From: Vitrella brassicaformis CCMP3155
Taxonomy: Eukaryota; Protista; Chromerida
NCBI GenBank assembly: GCA_001179505.1
Contig: CDMY01000239.1
Span: forward strand, 89,737-153,736
Length of the DNA: 64,000 nucleotides
Direction of reading: 5' to 3'
Shown here: positions 1 to 14,765 of the stretch, piece after piece
Layout: the number at the start of each line of letters is the position of its first letter
How positions within the stretch are numbered: the first letter of the stretch is position 1
Notes under the pieces: model-generated
The model's input: the letters and a program-made list of their open reading frames with translations, nothing else
Databases searched by the model: none
What the model was told of the DNA's origin: nothing
Translations under genes and position numbers: made by a program

Positions 1-99
1 TTAACGCAGTGTTGTTGCTATTTATTGTTGTCTCTCCTGCCTGCCTGCCTGCCTCTCTCAGGTTGTTTGATGTGAATTTGGGTGGTGTGCTGTGGCGAT

Positions 100-1110
100 C
101 ACCATCATTCAGCACACCTCGACCACAGAGGGACGACACCACTCAAGCGGACTCGGGTGCCATCCAATGGTAGGTGGATGACTCACTCACCTGGACAGAA
201 AGGAGTCAGATTGGCTATCGATCTGCGTTGCGTATTCATCATCTCTCCCTCCCTCCCTCCCTCCCTCCATGTGTCGCACAATCCATCCATGCATGTTTAT
301 CTGTATGTCTGTATGTCTGTCAGGAGCGATGAGCATCCGGCGGGTTTCTGTGTGCTGTGGGGACAAAGGCTCGATGTCTGGCAGCTGCAACAAGACCAAA
401 CGGTCAGCCAGCCAGCCAGCAGGGAAAGGTTTCTATGTTCTGTGTGTGGCATGTGTGTGTGTTGGCATGCAATGCAGCGGCCTGTGGGCAGCATTGACCT
501 GAGGAGTCTTTGTGAGGACCAAGACATGGCACATCTCGCCCATAGGAGGAGCATCCTCACACTCATGTATGTATGTACACACCGGCCGACACGACACGGC
601 TGCCTGACTGACATGACACCTGCGGCTCTGTGTGTGTATGCTGTGCTATGGGTACGCATCTGTGTGTGGGTGGGTGCAGTGGTAGTGCTGGCTTGGTAGG
701 CCTCTCCCACGCCATCCTTCAAATCGACCTGAGGTAAGCCAAGCCTGCTTCTACCTATCCCCTGCTCGCCTGCACACCTGCATGCCGCATGCACCTGGTC
801 AATTATTTGTTTTACTGGCTGCCCGTGTTGCAGGCGCTTCTTGGCCGATGGCCGGGAGCAGCAACCGCAGTGGTTGTACAGACTTCTTGCATGAGAGAAC
901 ATATATGGCACACCTGCTCGCCGCTCATGTAAATCTCTCTGTAATCGCGATCCACCGCTGAAGTGGGAGGGAGCGTTGCACGAGAGGTTCTGCTCACCGA
1001 CCGCCGCTCGGTCGGTCGGTCGGTCGGTTATGGGCTCGTAAATTTCCTCTGCGAGCTTGGCAAAAGTGGACCTCAAAGTGCTTTGTCTGTTGTCGTTGTT
1101 CCGCGTACAA
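100..1110 (-). CDS. possible multi-exon hypothetical gene, head-to-head with the apyrase; boundaries uncertain
   Basis: Non-repetitive, coding-like blocks (RDLHERRAGVPYMFSHARSLYNHCGCC, VDLKDGVGEAYQAS, VLLQLPDIEPLSPQHTETRRMLIAPD) are separated by intron-like microsatellite blocks. No recognisable domain. Confidence 0.25.
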
Positions 1111-1314
1111 GAATCAAGCATAGCTGAGCTCCCGACTGGTTGTTCTTCAGCTCCTGACGGTGACCGTGACCCTTTCTGCGTTTGTGAGCAGACTGTGAGT
1201 GAGTCCGCCATTGATGCCAAAGGGCGATTCGCCATCTATCGGACCATCAACAGAGCATCCCGTGGGCGAGTCAGGCGAGCTCTCTCCTGGTGCAGCCGCA
1301 GAGGGGCTGCCGCC

Positions 1315-4131
1315 ATGCAGACTGTCTTCACCAGCAGTGGAGGGGTGCCTGGCAGGGGGGGGACCACCGCTGAGACCCTACAATTCGCTGTCAGGATCAT
1401 CGCTCTACTCACTATAGCCGGTGCCTGCAGAGGGACGGACACAAAGGCACACACAGCACACACAGCATCTCGGACAGACAGACAGACCGACAGACGCCCT
1501 TTTTTCTCCTGTGTGGTGTGCCCCACCAGGTTTTGTCGTGTACTTGGTATCTGGTTGGGTGGACAGTGTGCCCCCCGCCCCGCCAGGCGTCGCTGCCACC
1601 GACAATCTGGCGGCGGCCGGTGTGGGAGTGGGGGAGGTCCACCACAACCAGGGCAGCGGCAGCAAGGCCCTCCCACACAAGTCGCTGCGCCGAGCCGCCA
1701 TATGCACCATGACCAACCCATGCAAGATACAGGTAGGCAGGCAGGCAGGCAGGCAGGGAACCACAACGGGTGGGTGGTTATCACACCCAAGCCGCCTGTC
1801 TGGCTGTCTGGCTGTCTGCTATTGAATCCATCAGTTGATAGCTGATTTGGACGAGTCGTCTCGCGACGAGTCGCAGGGCAAACTCACATTCTTCTCCTAC
1901 CTACAAAGCGGCTACCTTTATCGGTACGCACCCACGCTGGGAAGCTGACTGCTTTGCCCCATTGGATGGCTCAACCAACATGTGTGTGCTCGTTCGTCCG
2001 TCCGTCCGTTCGGTTGTGTGTGTGTGCGGCAGGGTGAGCAATCGTGGCGGTGGGTTCTTCAGTCTGGGAGGGTCGACCGAGAGCACATCGACATCGACGG
2101 CAGTCAACGGCAGCAGTGACAAAGGTGCAGATGGCAAGGAGGCATCCAGGCCGCAGGCGGCGCCCACCTATGCTGTGGAGTGGGGCGCCAGTGAGCGGGT
2201 GGACGGACACCACAACGAGGCCGGCAGGGGCATGGAACTCTCGGAACTGCTACAATTCGACAAGTGAGTGAGTGAGGACCGACCGGACCGACTTACTTGC
2301 CAAGGCGGGCGGAGGGAGGGAGGGAGAACAGCGAACGGGAGGGAGATGGCTGGTGGTGCGGCGTGTGTGTGTGCAGCGTCTTGTACACGTTTGACGACCG
2401 CACAGGGATTGTGTACGAGCTGGACACCAAGAAAGGTATGTATATTACCTACCCACCCACCCACCTATCTGATCTGCACACGTAGCGTAGCGACCCGCAC
2501 ACACGGCAAGGCAAGGCAAGCAGCCGGCCGGATACACACATGCAACCCTAAATACGTGTGTGTCTGTGTGTGTGTGTATGTGGGTATGTCAGAGGGTAAG
2601 GCGAGCGTGTACCCCCGGCACATCGTGACTGAGGGTGCTGGCGACACCAACAAGGGCATGAAGATTGAGTGGGCCACACAAAAGGACGGCAACCTCTGGA
2701 TCGGATCCTTCGGCAAAGAATACACCAGTAAGCCAAATACTATATTTACCAAACCACCACACACATGGACAGACAATCAGACAGGACAGGCCAACCAGAG
2801 CTAGCAGGCCACCCCCTGCCCTGCCTCTACGTGTGTGTGTGTGCAGATGCCAAGGGTGAGATCGTCAACGAGAACAACATGTGGGTGGTGGCCCTGGGCG
2901 CCAACGGCAAGATGCAGAGGTTCAACTGGAAACCCGCATATGACGCTGTCAGAAGGTATTTACGTACGGATGGGATGGCTGTACATGGATGGCTAATCAA
3001 GTGTGTCGAGATACATACATACATACCCATCACAGCCCATCCCATCCCATCCCTCGCTCTCTTGCTGGCCTGGCGGCAGAGCTCTGGGCGCACCATATCC
3101 TGGGTACTGCATCCACGAGGCAGTCGCATGGAGCGATGACATGCAAAAGTAAGTGCACAGACAGACAGACAGACAGACAAACAAGGGGAGAGGAAGGGAG
3201 GGGAGACTGCACTGCGTGTGGGAAAGACAGGCCGTCGTCACGTTGTACGGTACGGTGAGCGTGTGTGTCGGTGGCGTATGTATGTATGTGGTCAGGTGGG
3301 TGTTGCTGCCCCGGCGGGTGAGCTCTGACCCCTACGATGATGAACAGGACGAGGTAGCACGACACGAGACACAATGAAGGCAGCCAACGGTGTTGCTGTG
3401 GGTGCCTGCCTGTCTAGTACCGTGGCTCGAACAAGTTGGTGTTGGCGTCTGAGGACTTCAGCCAGATAGAGGTGCGGGAGATCGGCGACATCGTACCGGA
3501 GAGGGGATACTCTTCATTCGCTTTCATTCCGGGCACCGACGATCAAGTAACCTAATATACACACGCACGCACACGACACCAGACACGGAAACAGCGATGG
3601 ACATATGTACGGACGTACATACTTGGGTTTAATTGATTGTCTGGTTTGTATGGCTGGGCCGGCTGATGTGGGTGCAATGCATTGCAATGCACTGCAGGTG
3701 ATCGTAGCCCTGAAGAGTGTCGAGTCAGCCAAGACAAAGACACAGGTACGCACGCACGGTGCACACACAACACACCCTGCCCTGCCTTGCTGGCTTGCTA
3801 GGGAGGTAGGTAGGTACCATCCATCCATCCGTGGCTTGACGACTGACTCGCTTGGCTGGCTTCCTGGTGTGGGTGTGATGTGTGTCCTTCTCTTGTCTCT
3901 TTGTGTTGCGTGTCCCACATACAGAGCACGTATTTGAGTGTGTTTCACATCAACGGTGACGTCTACCTGCCCGACACCGAGGTGCCCGGCGGATACAAAT
4001 ACGAAGGTCACTCACTCACTGCACACCACACCACACATGCCTGGCCTGCAAATGGCAAACTGACCGATTGATTGATCGTGTGAATGAATTGTATATATGC
4101 TATGCGTGTAGGCATTGAGATCATCAGCTGA
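1315..4131 (+). CDS. CANT1: calcium-activated nucleotidase/apyrase (CANT1 family), multi-exon, N-terminal membrane anchor
   Basis: Spliced peptides LIADLDESSR..FFSYLQSGYL, HNEAGRGMELSELLQFD, TFDDRTGIVYEL, KGMKIEWAT.KDGNLWIGSFGKEYT, YCIHEAVAWS, WVLLPRRVS..PYDDE.DE, RGYSSFAFIPGT and IVALKSVE match the five-bladed propeller apyrase motifs. Stop TGA at 4129-4131. Confidence 0.92.
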
Positions 4132-4859
4132 CACGAGCACACAAAGAGACGTGGCTGACTGACTGATGGGAGGCTGGGTGGGTGGGGTGAGTGGGCTGCC
4201 TGCCTGCATTCTGTATCGTGGGATACAGACAGACAGGGGTGAGTGAGGGTAATAAATTAATGAGTGGACGGCTGGCTGGCTGGCGGACCGGCTGAGGTTA
4301 ATCTATCTCATGAGGGAGATGCCTGCCAGTGAGGCCGGGCCAGCGTTGAAAGGAAGGGCCGATAGTGCAGTTAGTTAATGGATCGGTCCGGGGTGGATGG
4401 GATGGGGTGGGATGGGCAAATGTATGTATGTATGTGTGGATGATGTACAGCCATGTGTAAGTTAAGGACTGAATGAATGAATGAGTGTCGGTGGGTGGGG
4501 CCGTGTGTGTCTGGACCAGCCATTAGTCTTTCGTGTGCAGCTAAGTGGGAAGCGAGAACCAACCAACCAACTTGTGTGTTGGGGTCTGGGTCTGTGTCTT
4601 GCGTGCTGTGTCGTGTCTGTGTGTATCTCACTCAAAGAATGAATCAACCTACCTACTTACACTTTGTTGCTCACTGGCCGTGCCCATCCCCGATCCCCTG
4701 GCCGGCCTTCAATCCACACGCACTCTCTCACTGTCAGTCTGTCTGTCTGTCTGTACACACACACACGCACCGCATATCATATCAATGATATCTACAATAA
4801 CCCATCCCTCCCTCCATCCGCCGACACACACTCAGTGTTGCGAGCCCCTCCCTCTAGAG

Positions 4860-6926
4860 CTACAAGAAGACCACTAACACAGTCACCTGCAGGCACCACA
4901 CCACAAACAACACGTCGCACACGCGGACACACACATACGTACGGCTGTATGTAATCAGTCACTGTCTGTCTGTCTGTCGGTCTCCCGCAGTCAGTCAGTA
5001 TACGTTTGTTTGTCCTGTCTTACGTACGTTGTCCGAGGTGCCTCTGACGAGTGCTTCCTCCACCAGCATCCGCGACACTATCTCAGACATCATACGGATG
5101 TCCTGACAGGACCGATGGATCCGATCCACCGAGGAGATGGATGAACCGACCATATGCATATGTGTAGTGAGTGTACCAGACGCAACGACCGCTGTTCTTC
5201 CTCACTGACTGACTGACTGACCCACCCACCCACCCACCAGGTTGGGCAGGACTTTCTTGAGCTCCTCCAAACCCTCCATCACCTGAACCAACCAACCAAC
5301 AGTGAGTGCAATCCATGGATGGGATGGATGCCTCGCGGGCTCTGTGTGTGCATATGTCTGTTGCCACTCATCTATCTATCTATCCATCTATCTGCCTACC
5401 TACCTACCTATCTGCCTACCAAGTTGCACGCTGTTTGGTCGTCGATCACATCCCATAGCTGACCCGACCCACAATCATACACACACATCATGTATAGGGT
5501 GGAGCGAAACAACCCCAGTCCACCCCCTGTGTGTCCCTCCTCTCCCCTCCCCTGCCTGCCTGCCCCTCCCTCGCTGAGTGACTGGCTGACCCCGTCGCAG
5601 GCCACGATCATGAACATGTCCCCCTTCACTACCACCTCCGCTGTCACGTCTGCAGCAACCAGCAAACAACCACAGGACAAGACCGCATTCATTAATGCAT
5701 GGCTCGTTCGTTCTGTGTGAATGGGTTAGTGTGGGTGAGGCCCCCCCCCTGGACCCACCGGGCACGTTTGAGACGAGGCTCTTCTCCCGCTCGGGGGCCT
5801 TTAGCTGGTGATCCCCAAACGCACGGCTGATCGCCAGCATGCCTACACCCGACGGATGGACGGACACAAATAGACAACAGATAGAGCCACAGCACCCCGC
5901 CCCACACCACCTACCTACCTACCTACCTACCTTGAACTCGTTCGTTGAATACGTATCCGCCGGCCTGTATGACCCGTTTGGCCTCCTCGGGATCCGTGGC
6001 CTTGTGGTCACTCATTGAGGTCAGCCGATGCGCCTTGCCGCCACGACTGCACAGTCCACAAATAACACAGGCAGGCCCACCGCGTGTGAATACAGACAGA
6101 CAGACAGACAGACAGAGAGAACCGGTGTCAATACATGAGTTTCCTTCCTGACTCACTTGAGTACGGCTCTGGCGTCTCCGAGGTGTGCGGTGTAGACCTT
6201 GCGGACGCCCTTCTCCTCTTGAACCAAACACACACAGGCCGTCGCACCCGACGACTTGACACCTGCACTGACACCTGCACTTAAGTACCCATCACAATCA
6301 CACCAATCAATCAGACCGCCGTGCACACCAGTCAGTCAGTCAGTCAGTAGTTAGTTGGCATATGCATACATACATGCAATCAATAATCCCTTTGTTTATC
6401 TATCCATTTATCTATTTGTGTGGTGGATGGGCTGGCTGGGTGGTACATAGCATCCAGCTGTGATAGGTGTCCCCTACGTACGCATGTACCCGCGTCCTGC
6501 AGCATGTTGTCGTCAGTGGCGATGAATGCACTGATGAGTGCAGCCCTGGGCTCCGCCGCAGGCTTGCGCAGCTCCTCCAGCACCTTGTCGTGCAGGTGGG
6601 TCGTCACGAACTCGACTGCCTCACGACCACCGTGGCCGTCATACATACCTGCAGCCACCACGGGACCCACACAGTGAGGGCACACCGCTGTGTTGGCGCT
6701 CCTCTCCACTGGCTGCCAACACAAGTGCCCCGGCTGGCTGGCTGGCTGTGTGCCTACCTATCTATCTACCTATCTGCCTCCCTCCCTGCGTACCTATGAA
6801 TGCAGATTTCTTCCTGCCTCCGAAGCAGTCTACGAAGACCCATCCGTCCTCCATCTCGGCCCGGGTGCCCTGGTCCTCCGCCCACCCCACACATTTGACC
6901 GCATCGCACTTGCTCGTATAACCCAT
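4860..6926 (-). CDS. protein phosphatase 2C (PPM family), multi-exon
   Basis: QGTRAEMEDGWVFVD, YDGHGGREAVEFV, SDHKATDPEEAKRVIQAGGYV, GMLAISRAFGD, FMIVACDG-LWDV and RGTSDNVTVLVVFL*. All PPM metal-binding motifs are present. Confidence 0.95.
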
Positions 6927-7114
6927 GAGTCGAGGCGATAGTTAGTGCACAACACGCTAAGCTAAGCTGCGTTGCATTCATCCATCCCATACACACACAC
7001 ACATGACATGACAGCTGAGGGCCGGTGTGTTCGGCCTCTTTCTTTCTCTAATCCGTATTGCGTGCTGCATACCTGTAATCGTTGATTCCTTCCGATTTCC
7101 TCGCGCTCAAAGCT

Positions 7115-7135
7115 AAGCTCGCAATTGGCGAGCTC
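7115..7135. promoter_or_regulatory. palindromic element AGCTCGC-aattg-GCGAGCT in the 277-bp intergenic region between the divergent PP2C and RPN2 genes
   Basis: Perfect 7-bp inverted repeat (7116-7122 / 7128-7134). The same motif occurs upstream of other genes in the window. Confidence 0.5.
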
Positions 7136-7203
7136 GAGAGACGGCCTCCCCGTGACGCAGCTTGTGGATAGTGTCCGTGTGCGCTGTTGGTTGTGTTGAT
7201 CTG

Positions 7204-7590
7204 ATGTCGGCGGCTTGCAAGGTTGAAAGGCCCCGTCAGGTGTCGAGTGCGGCCGGCGTGCTGTCTTTGCTGGACGAGCAGGAGTACTCGCTCCGCGTGC
7301 TGGCCCTGCAGAAGCTCAACTCGGTCGTGGACCAGTTCTGGGCCGAGATCGCCGACTACCTCGCTGACATGTACGTACGCCGACACACTCACACGCATAC
7401 ACGCCGCAGAACAGCACGCAGGACGTCACATCTGTGATTATCTGGGGGGGATTGATGTGTGTGTGTTTGTGTGTGTGAGTGCAGCGAGAGTTTGTATGAG
7501 GATCCCAAGTTTGACCATCGAGAACTGGCGGCACTCGTGGCATCAAAGGTACGGACAACAGGGAGGGAGGGAGGGAGGGAGATAGACAAG

Positions 7591-7623
<33 letters not shown>

Positions 7624-10600
7624 AGTCAGTCAGCCGAAGCACACACACACCAAAGGTGTGCGTGTGATTGGCCGTGCCCCCCGCAGGTGTATTACCATTT
7701 GGAGGAGTATGACGATGCTCTGCGGCTTGCCCTGGGGGCGGGGAATCTGTTCGTCCTCTCAGAAAAGTCACAATACGTCCACACTATCATATGTAAGCCG
7801 CCTCCCTTCCTCTCTGTCCCCACGTCACTGTGTGTCAATGTTGTGTGTCTTCTTCACATCAATATATCAAACCCCTTCCTTGATGGGATGGATGCCATGG
7901 ATGCTTGACTGACTTGATGTTTGTTTGTTTGTATGTTTTATGTCAATGTCGGTCAGCGCGTTGCATCGATGAGTACGTGAGCGAGCGTGTCAAGCACGAC
8001 GAGGCCAAGGCCAAGGAGGAGGAGGCTGCGGCGCGTCAGGGGGCCCAACACGAGGGCGGGGCTGCACCGATGGATGTGGACCAGCAGCCCCAGGCGGCCC
8101 TCAAGCCCATCGACAGCCGCCTGGAGGCCATCGTTGAGCGGATGTTTGACCAGTGTGTGGAGGACCGCGAGTACCGTCAGGCCCTGGGCATCGCACTCGA
8201 GGCACGGCGGCTCGACCGGGTCGAGGGCATCATCAAGGCAGCACCCAACACCAGCGACATACTACGGGTGGGTCGGTTGGGGTATATGGGTGGGAACACA
8301 TACACGTGAGGAGGGAGAGATGGAACAGACATAGATCTGATCTGAATGAATGAAGCAGGGGAGAGGAGAGGTGGGGGTCCCCAGCTGTGTCGTGTCGGAC
8401 TGAATTATTCGCCTGGTCTGTGTGCGTGACATCTCTGCAGTATTGTCTCCGCCATGCCCAGACCGTCATACTGTCCAAGCGATTCAGAACACACGTAAGA
8501 ACGTAGAACCAGGCAGGCAGGCAGGCGACGGATGGCTGACCGAGTTGATCCGGATCCATGCTCTGCAGACATTTATTTGTGTTGATCTATCTTTATGTGC
8601 ACTCACTGCAGGTGTTGGAGTTGCTGGTTCGTGTGTACCGTGAGTTCCCCCCCGTTGAGTTGGAGGGCGAGCTGGCCAACCTCTGCCAGTGCCTCTTCTT
8701 CCTCAACGACGTCACTGCTGTGGCCAACATTCTCAAAGATCTCGTCGACAAGCAGGACCAGAAACACACCGCTATGGCATACCAAATCGCATTCGACATC
8801 GCCAACAACGGTACGCACCGCACCCCACCCACACCACCACAGCGACACGACCTGCCTGCCTCACTTGGTGGCTACGTATGTGTGTCATGTGGGTGTCTGT
8901 ATCTATGGCGTGTGTCAGAGGACCAGCAGTTTTTGAAGGATTTGTTGTCCCATCTGCCGGCCCCCAAGGTGCCGGAGCCGCCCCAGCAGGCAGCAGCCGA
9001 GCCAGCAGCGCCCGCAGAGGGCGCTGAGGTCGCCCCCGCTGCAGCAGAGACAGGCGCCGGGGAGCCTACGGCAACAACAGCAGCACAGGTCGGACGAAGG
9101 GAGGGAGGACGATAGAGACAGACACATAAGACAAGACAAGAAAGGCAGACATGGAAGGTGTGTGTGTGTCTGGTGTGCAGGGCGAGGGTGGTTCGACTGA
9201 GGCAGCGGGTGCGGCTGTTACGGCCTCATCAGGGGAGGCCCCTGCTGCAGATCAAACACAGGCCGATGCTGAAGGTAAGCAATGAATTCTACACCCTGAC
9301 TTATCGACCACACCAAAGGACGCGGTCTTTGCCGTCCCTGCATGGGTGTGTGTGTGTGTGATGTCTATGTAGTGCTGCCGGCCGCGAGTGGTGAGGGCGC
9401 GGCGGAGGCCGTCGCAGAGACCACTCAGGAGGAGACACCCGAAGACAAAAAGGTGCATTTTACACTCCACCAATTCCACCAACACATCCATTGGTTTAGT
9501 GCGATCGATATGCATGTATCCCACTCGCTGATCTGATTGATTGGCATTGCAACCATTGCTCCCTCACCACCCTGGTGTGTGTATGTATGGATGGATTGTG
9601 TGTCATGTGGTGCGGTGCGGTGCGTGTGTGTGTCCAGCTGCGTCTGCTGCGTTACATCTTGGATGGCGATGCGGCCATCGACCTGCACCTGCTCTTTCTC
9701 AGCCAAAAGTGCAAGGCGGACCTACAGCTGCTCGAACACATCAAGGTAGGTAATCTATCATCATACACACCACACACAACCACATCCATCACAGACACAC
9801 AGACACAGGGGCGGACGTGGCTGTGATAGATATATGTGGTGTGTGGGTGGCTTACTGCACTGCACTGCTGCTTTGCTTGTGTGTCAGAATTCGGTGGATC
9901 AGCGCAACTCGATATCCCACAACGGCATCGTCATTGCACACAGCATCATGCACGCAGGTCAGGCGCGGTCAGGCAGGCAGGGAGGCAGTCCACCACCCCA
10001 CACACGCACACACAACCAAGGGCCCCAACCTGTACAGTACCTCATGTGTTTGCGGGCCACTGCCTGCCCTGCCTGTCTACAGGCACAACTGAGGATGAGT
10101 TCCTTCGCAAGAACCTCGACTGGCTCGCTAAAGCTGGTACCTACCTCTCTGCATGCCATGCACCGCACCCATACACACATTACACAAAGCCCCCTTCCCT
10201 CTATCGAGCGGTGGACGTGTCTGTGGTCTGTGTGTGTGGCTATGCATGGATGGCTCAGTGAGTTGGGCCAAGTTCACGGCGACGGCGTCGTTGGGTGTGA
10301 TCCACAAGGGCCACTTCAAGAACTCCATGAAGGTCCTCGAGCCATACCTCCCACAAACAGCACGTAAGCTAAGCTGACACACATGTGCGATGCGCACGCC
10401 TCCAAAGACACACACACGTACGGTACGTGGCTCGGCTCGCATGCACATGTGTGTTGCGTGTGTGGCTGTGCTGTGGTGTATTGCCATGACTGCAGCCCAG
10501 CCCGGTGGTTACTCTGAGGGCGGTGCGTTGTATGCGTTGGGGCTCATCCACGCCAACCACTCCAACCCTACCGTGCGGCAGTACCTCATGCAACAACTCC

Positions 10601-13600
10601 TGTATGTAACCACAGACACAATCTACACGCAGGCAGTGTGGATGGATGCCCATCCCATGACGGAATGTATCCATGACTGTGGTGTGTGTGTGGGTGCACT
10701 GACTGCAGTGCGTCAAGCCAGAACGAGCAGATTCAGCACGGTGCATGTCTAGGGCTGGGCCTCCTCTGTATGGGCTCACACGACGAAGGTATGCATGCGC
10801 ACACAAACCCACCGCACACACCATACGGGAGGGAGGGAGGGAGGGAGTGAGGCAGGCAGGTCGAGAGGCCGTGATGTGATGTGATCCACACAAACACACT
10901 CGTGTTCCCTCCCTTCATCGTTTCTTTGCTCCTTCCTTCCCTTGTGTGTGTGGTGTTTGTTGTAGAGTTGTATGAGAAGTTGAAGGAGGTGTTGTTCACC
11001 GACAGCGCCATAGCGGGGGAGGCGGCGGGCTACGCCATGGGACTCGTCATGCTCGGATCTACCTCAGAACACGCCATCAGCGAACTCCTCGCATATGGTC
11101 GGTCACCCAACTTTAGCCAACCAGCCAGCCAGCCAGCCACATATATCCATCACACACAGCACAGCCCAGCACCTACGGCCGACTGTGTATGTTATGTGTT
11201 GTTTGTTTGTTGGTTCATTCCTTCATTCAGCCCACGACACGCAGCACGAGAAGATCATCCGCGCGTGTGCGCTCTCCCTCGCACTCATCATGTTCAAACG
11301 AGAGGAGGAGGTCACCACACCACCAATAAAGAAATATAGCAAGGAACAAAGGAATCAGACAGACAGACAGACAGACGTGGATGGACGGACCATGAGCCAA
11401 CGAACGAGCCAATGATGTGATGTGTGTGTTGTGTTGTGTGTGTGTGTGTGTGTGTGTGTGTGATGTTAGGCTGAGACGTTGATCCAGCAGCTGATGATGG
11501 ACAAGGACCCCATCCTGCGATACGGAGCCATGTTCACTATCGCCATGGCCTACTGCGGGTCTTACTCGGTACGCACGCACTTCACTTGATGGATGGACTA
11601 AAGTTGATGAACTGACTGGCCATCAAACAAACGACAATATCGGTGTGTGGACATAACATGCGTCCTGTCCTGCACACATGGTGTGGTGTGTGTGTTGTGA
11701 TCCTGAAGAACACGGCTATCCGTCGTCTGCTGCACGTGTCGGTGTCTGACGTGTCGGACGATGTGCGCCGGGCGGCCGTAATCGCACTCGGATTCATCCT
11801 CTGCAACGTACCCGAACAGGTAGGTATGCCATCACACCCATCCGGCCGGCCGGTTTAAAGATACCAACCAAGCACTGTGGACTGAGACCACACTCATATC
11901 GAGTCCACGAGTGTGTCTGTGGTGTGTGTGTGGCGTGCCGTGCCGTGCCGTGCCGTGCTTGCTTGACCACGTCCACGTCTGTGTGTTTAGGTTCCTAAGG
12001 TGGTGAATTTGTTGTGCCAGAGCTACAACCCCCACGTGCGGTACGCCTCGTGCATCGCTCTGGGCATCGCCTGTGCCGGCACCGCCATGAGTGAGGCCGT
12101 CAACCTACTCATACCCATGGCCTCTGACACCACCGACTTCGTCAGACAAGGTCAGTCAGTCAGGCAGGCCACCGGGGGGCCGGGTCGGGTCGGTGAATGA
12201 ATGGAATGAACGGGCGGCTGGGGTGGGTGGGTGCACAGCGGACGCCCTGTCCAATTCAGCGATTAGTCATTTATTTGCCTCTCCACGTGTGTGTCTGATT
12301 TATGTGTATATAATGCGAACAGGTGCCCTCCTGGCGTTGGGTTTGGTGCTGCAGCAGGCCACGGACGCACTCAATGAGAAGGTCAGGTCACTACCCGCCT
12401 CAACCAACCACACCACACGACACGAAACACATAAATCACAAAGTCTGTTTGCGGCTGCCTGATCTAGTACTAGCTCATAGCTATGTGTGTGGTGTATGTG
12501 TGATGTCTGTCATCTCATATGTCGTCGATCGATCTGGCAGACGAAGGATGTGCGTGAGTTGTTCATCAAGGTGCTGGCGGACAAGCACGAGGATATCATG
12601 ACGCGATTCGGGGCCATACTCGCATACGGACTCATCGACGCGGGGGTGAGAGGGGGTGGCAGAGAGGACAGACAGACAGGGAGGGAGGGAGGGGCCTCAC
12701 ACACACATACACGCACCGGATCGCTGGGTGTGTGTGTGTGTGTGTATATTTTAGGGTCGCAACGCGGCTGTGTCGTTTTACTCGAAGGCCGGCAGTTTGC
12801 GGTCTGAGGCGGCGGTTGGGATGTGTTTGTTTTGCCAGCTGTGGTACTGGTTCCCCCTCATCCACACCGTCGCACTCGCCTTCCAGCCCACAGGACTCAT
12901 CGGTCAAAGGGACACACACACACTCAACACGACCAACGCCACCTCAGCCAGCACTGCACTGCACTGCATGTGTCTGTCTGTCGTGTGTTCAGGATTGACG
13001 ACGGATCTGAAGATGCCGTCGAGTTTTGCCGTCAAGAACACCGCCAAACCCGAGATGTTCGCCTACCCCGCACAGTTCCAAGTCAAAAAGGACGACGCAC
13101 CCACCAAAACTACCACTGCCGTACGCTACGCAACACAGAGACATGCACCACAGACTAGACCCACACAGACCAGACCTTAGATCTAACACACGTGCAATGC
13201 AAAGGGCGAAGAAATGTCTCTCTGGTGTCTGTATGTGTGTGTGTGTGTGTGTGTCCCAGGTGTTGTCGACGACGGTCAAGCAGCAGTTGAAGAAGCGTCA
13301 GTCGACGATGCATATCGACGACAAGGAGGGCGACTCCCCGACGGCAGCCGCTGCCGCACCACCACCACCGCCCTCAGTCGCCGGTCAGCCAGCCAGCTAG
13401 CTAGTCAGCAAACACACTCACCACCGGAGCCAAGACACACAAGACAGCCATACCTCATGTCCGGGTGTGTGTGAGCGTACATCTGTGTGGTTATGTATTC
13501 ATTCATCAGTGAAGGAGGCTGAGACTGACGAGGGGAGCAAGACGGCGACGGCCCCGGCCCCGCTGAGGGGCGCGGGTCAGCAGGGGGGCGAGGAGGACAG

Positions 13601-14765
13601 CGCATCCATACTCAGCGACATGCCATCGACAAGGTACGGCACTCACTCACTGCCATCCATCCCTCCGTATTTACGGTCCGATGTATGTGAATATATGTTT
13701 CCTCCAGGGGAGCTGACGTTGCCTCCACCGCCGCCACCATTGGAGGTCAGCCACCGTCCCGTCCCGTCCCGTCCCGTCCCGTCCCACCCACCCACCCACC
13801 CACCCACAAAAAACAAACACATTTCATTCATCAATCAGTCAAGGAGGAGTGACTGCATGCGTATGTATGTCTCCATCCCATCCGTCGGTCCCATCAGAGT
13901 ATTTGGAGACGTCGCACACCGAGGTCGAGTCCACGACCTCAATAGACGCAAGGTACGTAAGCTGCACACATGCACACACACACATGAAGCCCCCACACGT
14001 ACAAAGACACATGTGTGATCTATATGATACAATTGTGTAAGGTCGATGGCGGCCCGTTCTGAGCGCAAGGAGGACGTGACGATGACGCCGGCCGATGCGC
14101 CGGCTGCTGCTGCTGCTGCCGCCGGCACGGACGATGAAAAGGACAAAAAGAAAGAGGGCGACGGCGGGGGAGACGATCCCAACAAGGCCGCCGCACCTAC
14201 AGAAGAGGTAGGCAAACACATCGACAGACGCTGCGACAAGACCCTAAGTGTGGGTGTGTGTGTGTGTGTGATTGTGTAGGAGAAGGATGGTGTGTTGAAG
14301 AATCCGTGTCGTGTGCTGCCGCGGCAGGAGGCCTACATCGACATGCTGCCCGACAACAGATACAAGCCCATCATATCCGACAGAAAGTCTGGATTCCTCA
14401 TACTACTCGACCAAACGTAACAAGCGAAGACGGTGTGGGTGTGTGTGGATGGCCTTGGCATTCTGTGTGTGTGTGCAGCCCCGATGAGCCGGAGGAGTAC
14501 GTGCAGCCCAAGGCAGCCAAGGGTGAGCTGAAGTGGATGGGCAAGGCAGGCTCACTCCACTCATTGACGGACCAACAAACCAACGACCGTGTGGCCTGCC
14601 TGTGCGTATCAATTTGCTTCAGAGGAGGACAAGGAGCCGGAGCCACCAGAAGCATTTGGTGAGAACGCAACGCACACACTCGACAGCCGTCCGTCCATGT
14701 GATTCACCTGCTGTACGTATATGTGCCCTTCCGTGTCTGTGTGCGCGTCAGAATGGAGTGGCTGA
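7204..14765 (+). CDS. RPN2: 26S proteasome regulatory subunit RPN2/PSMD1, multi-exon
   Basis: [51 protein letters not shown]-repeat peptides [19 protein letters not shown] and [42 protein letters not shown], and the C-terminal [10 protein letters not shown]. Confidence 0.97.
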
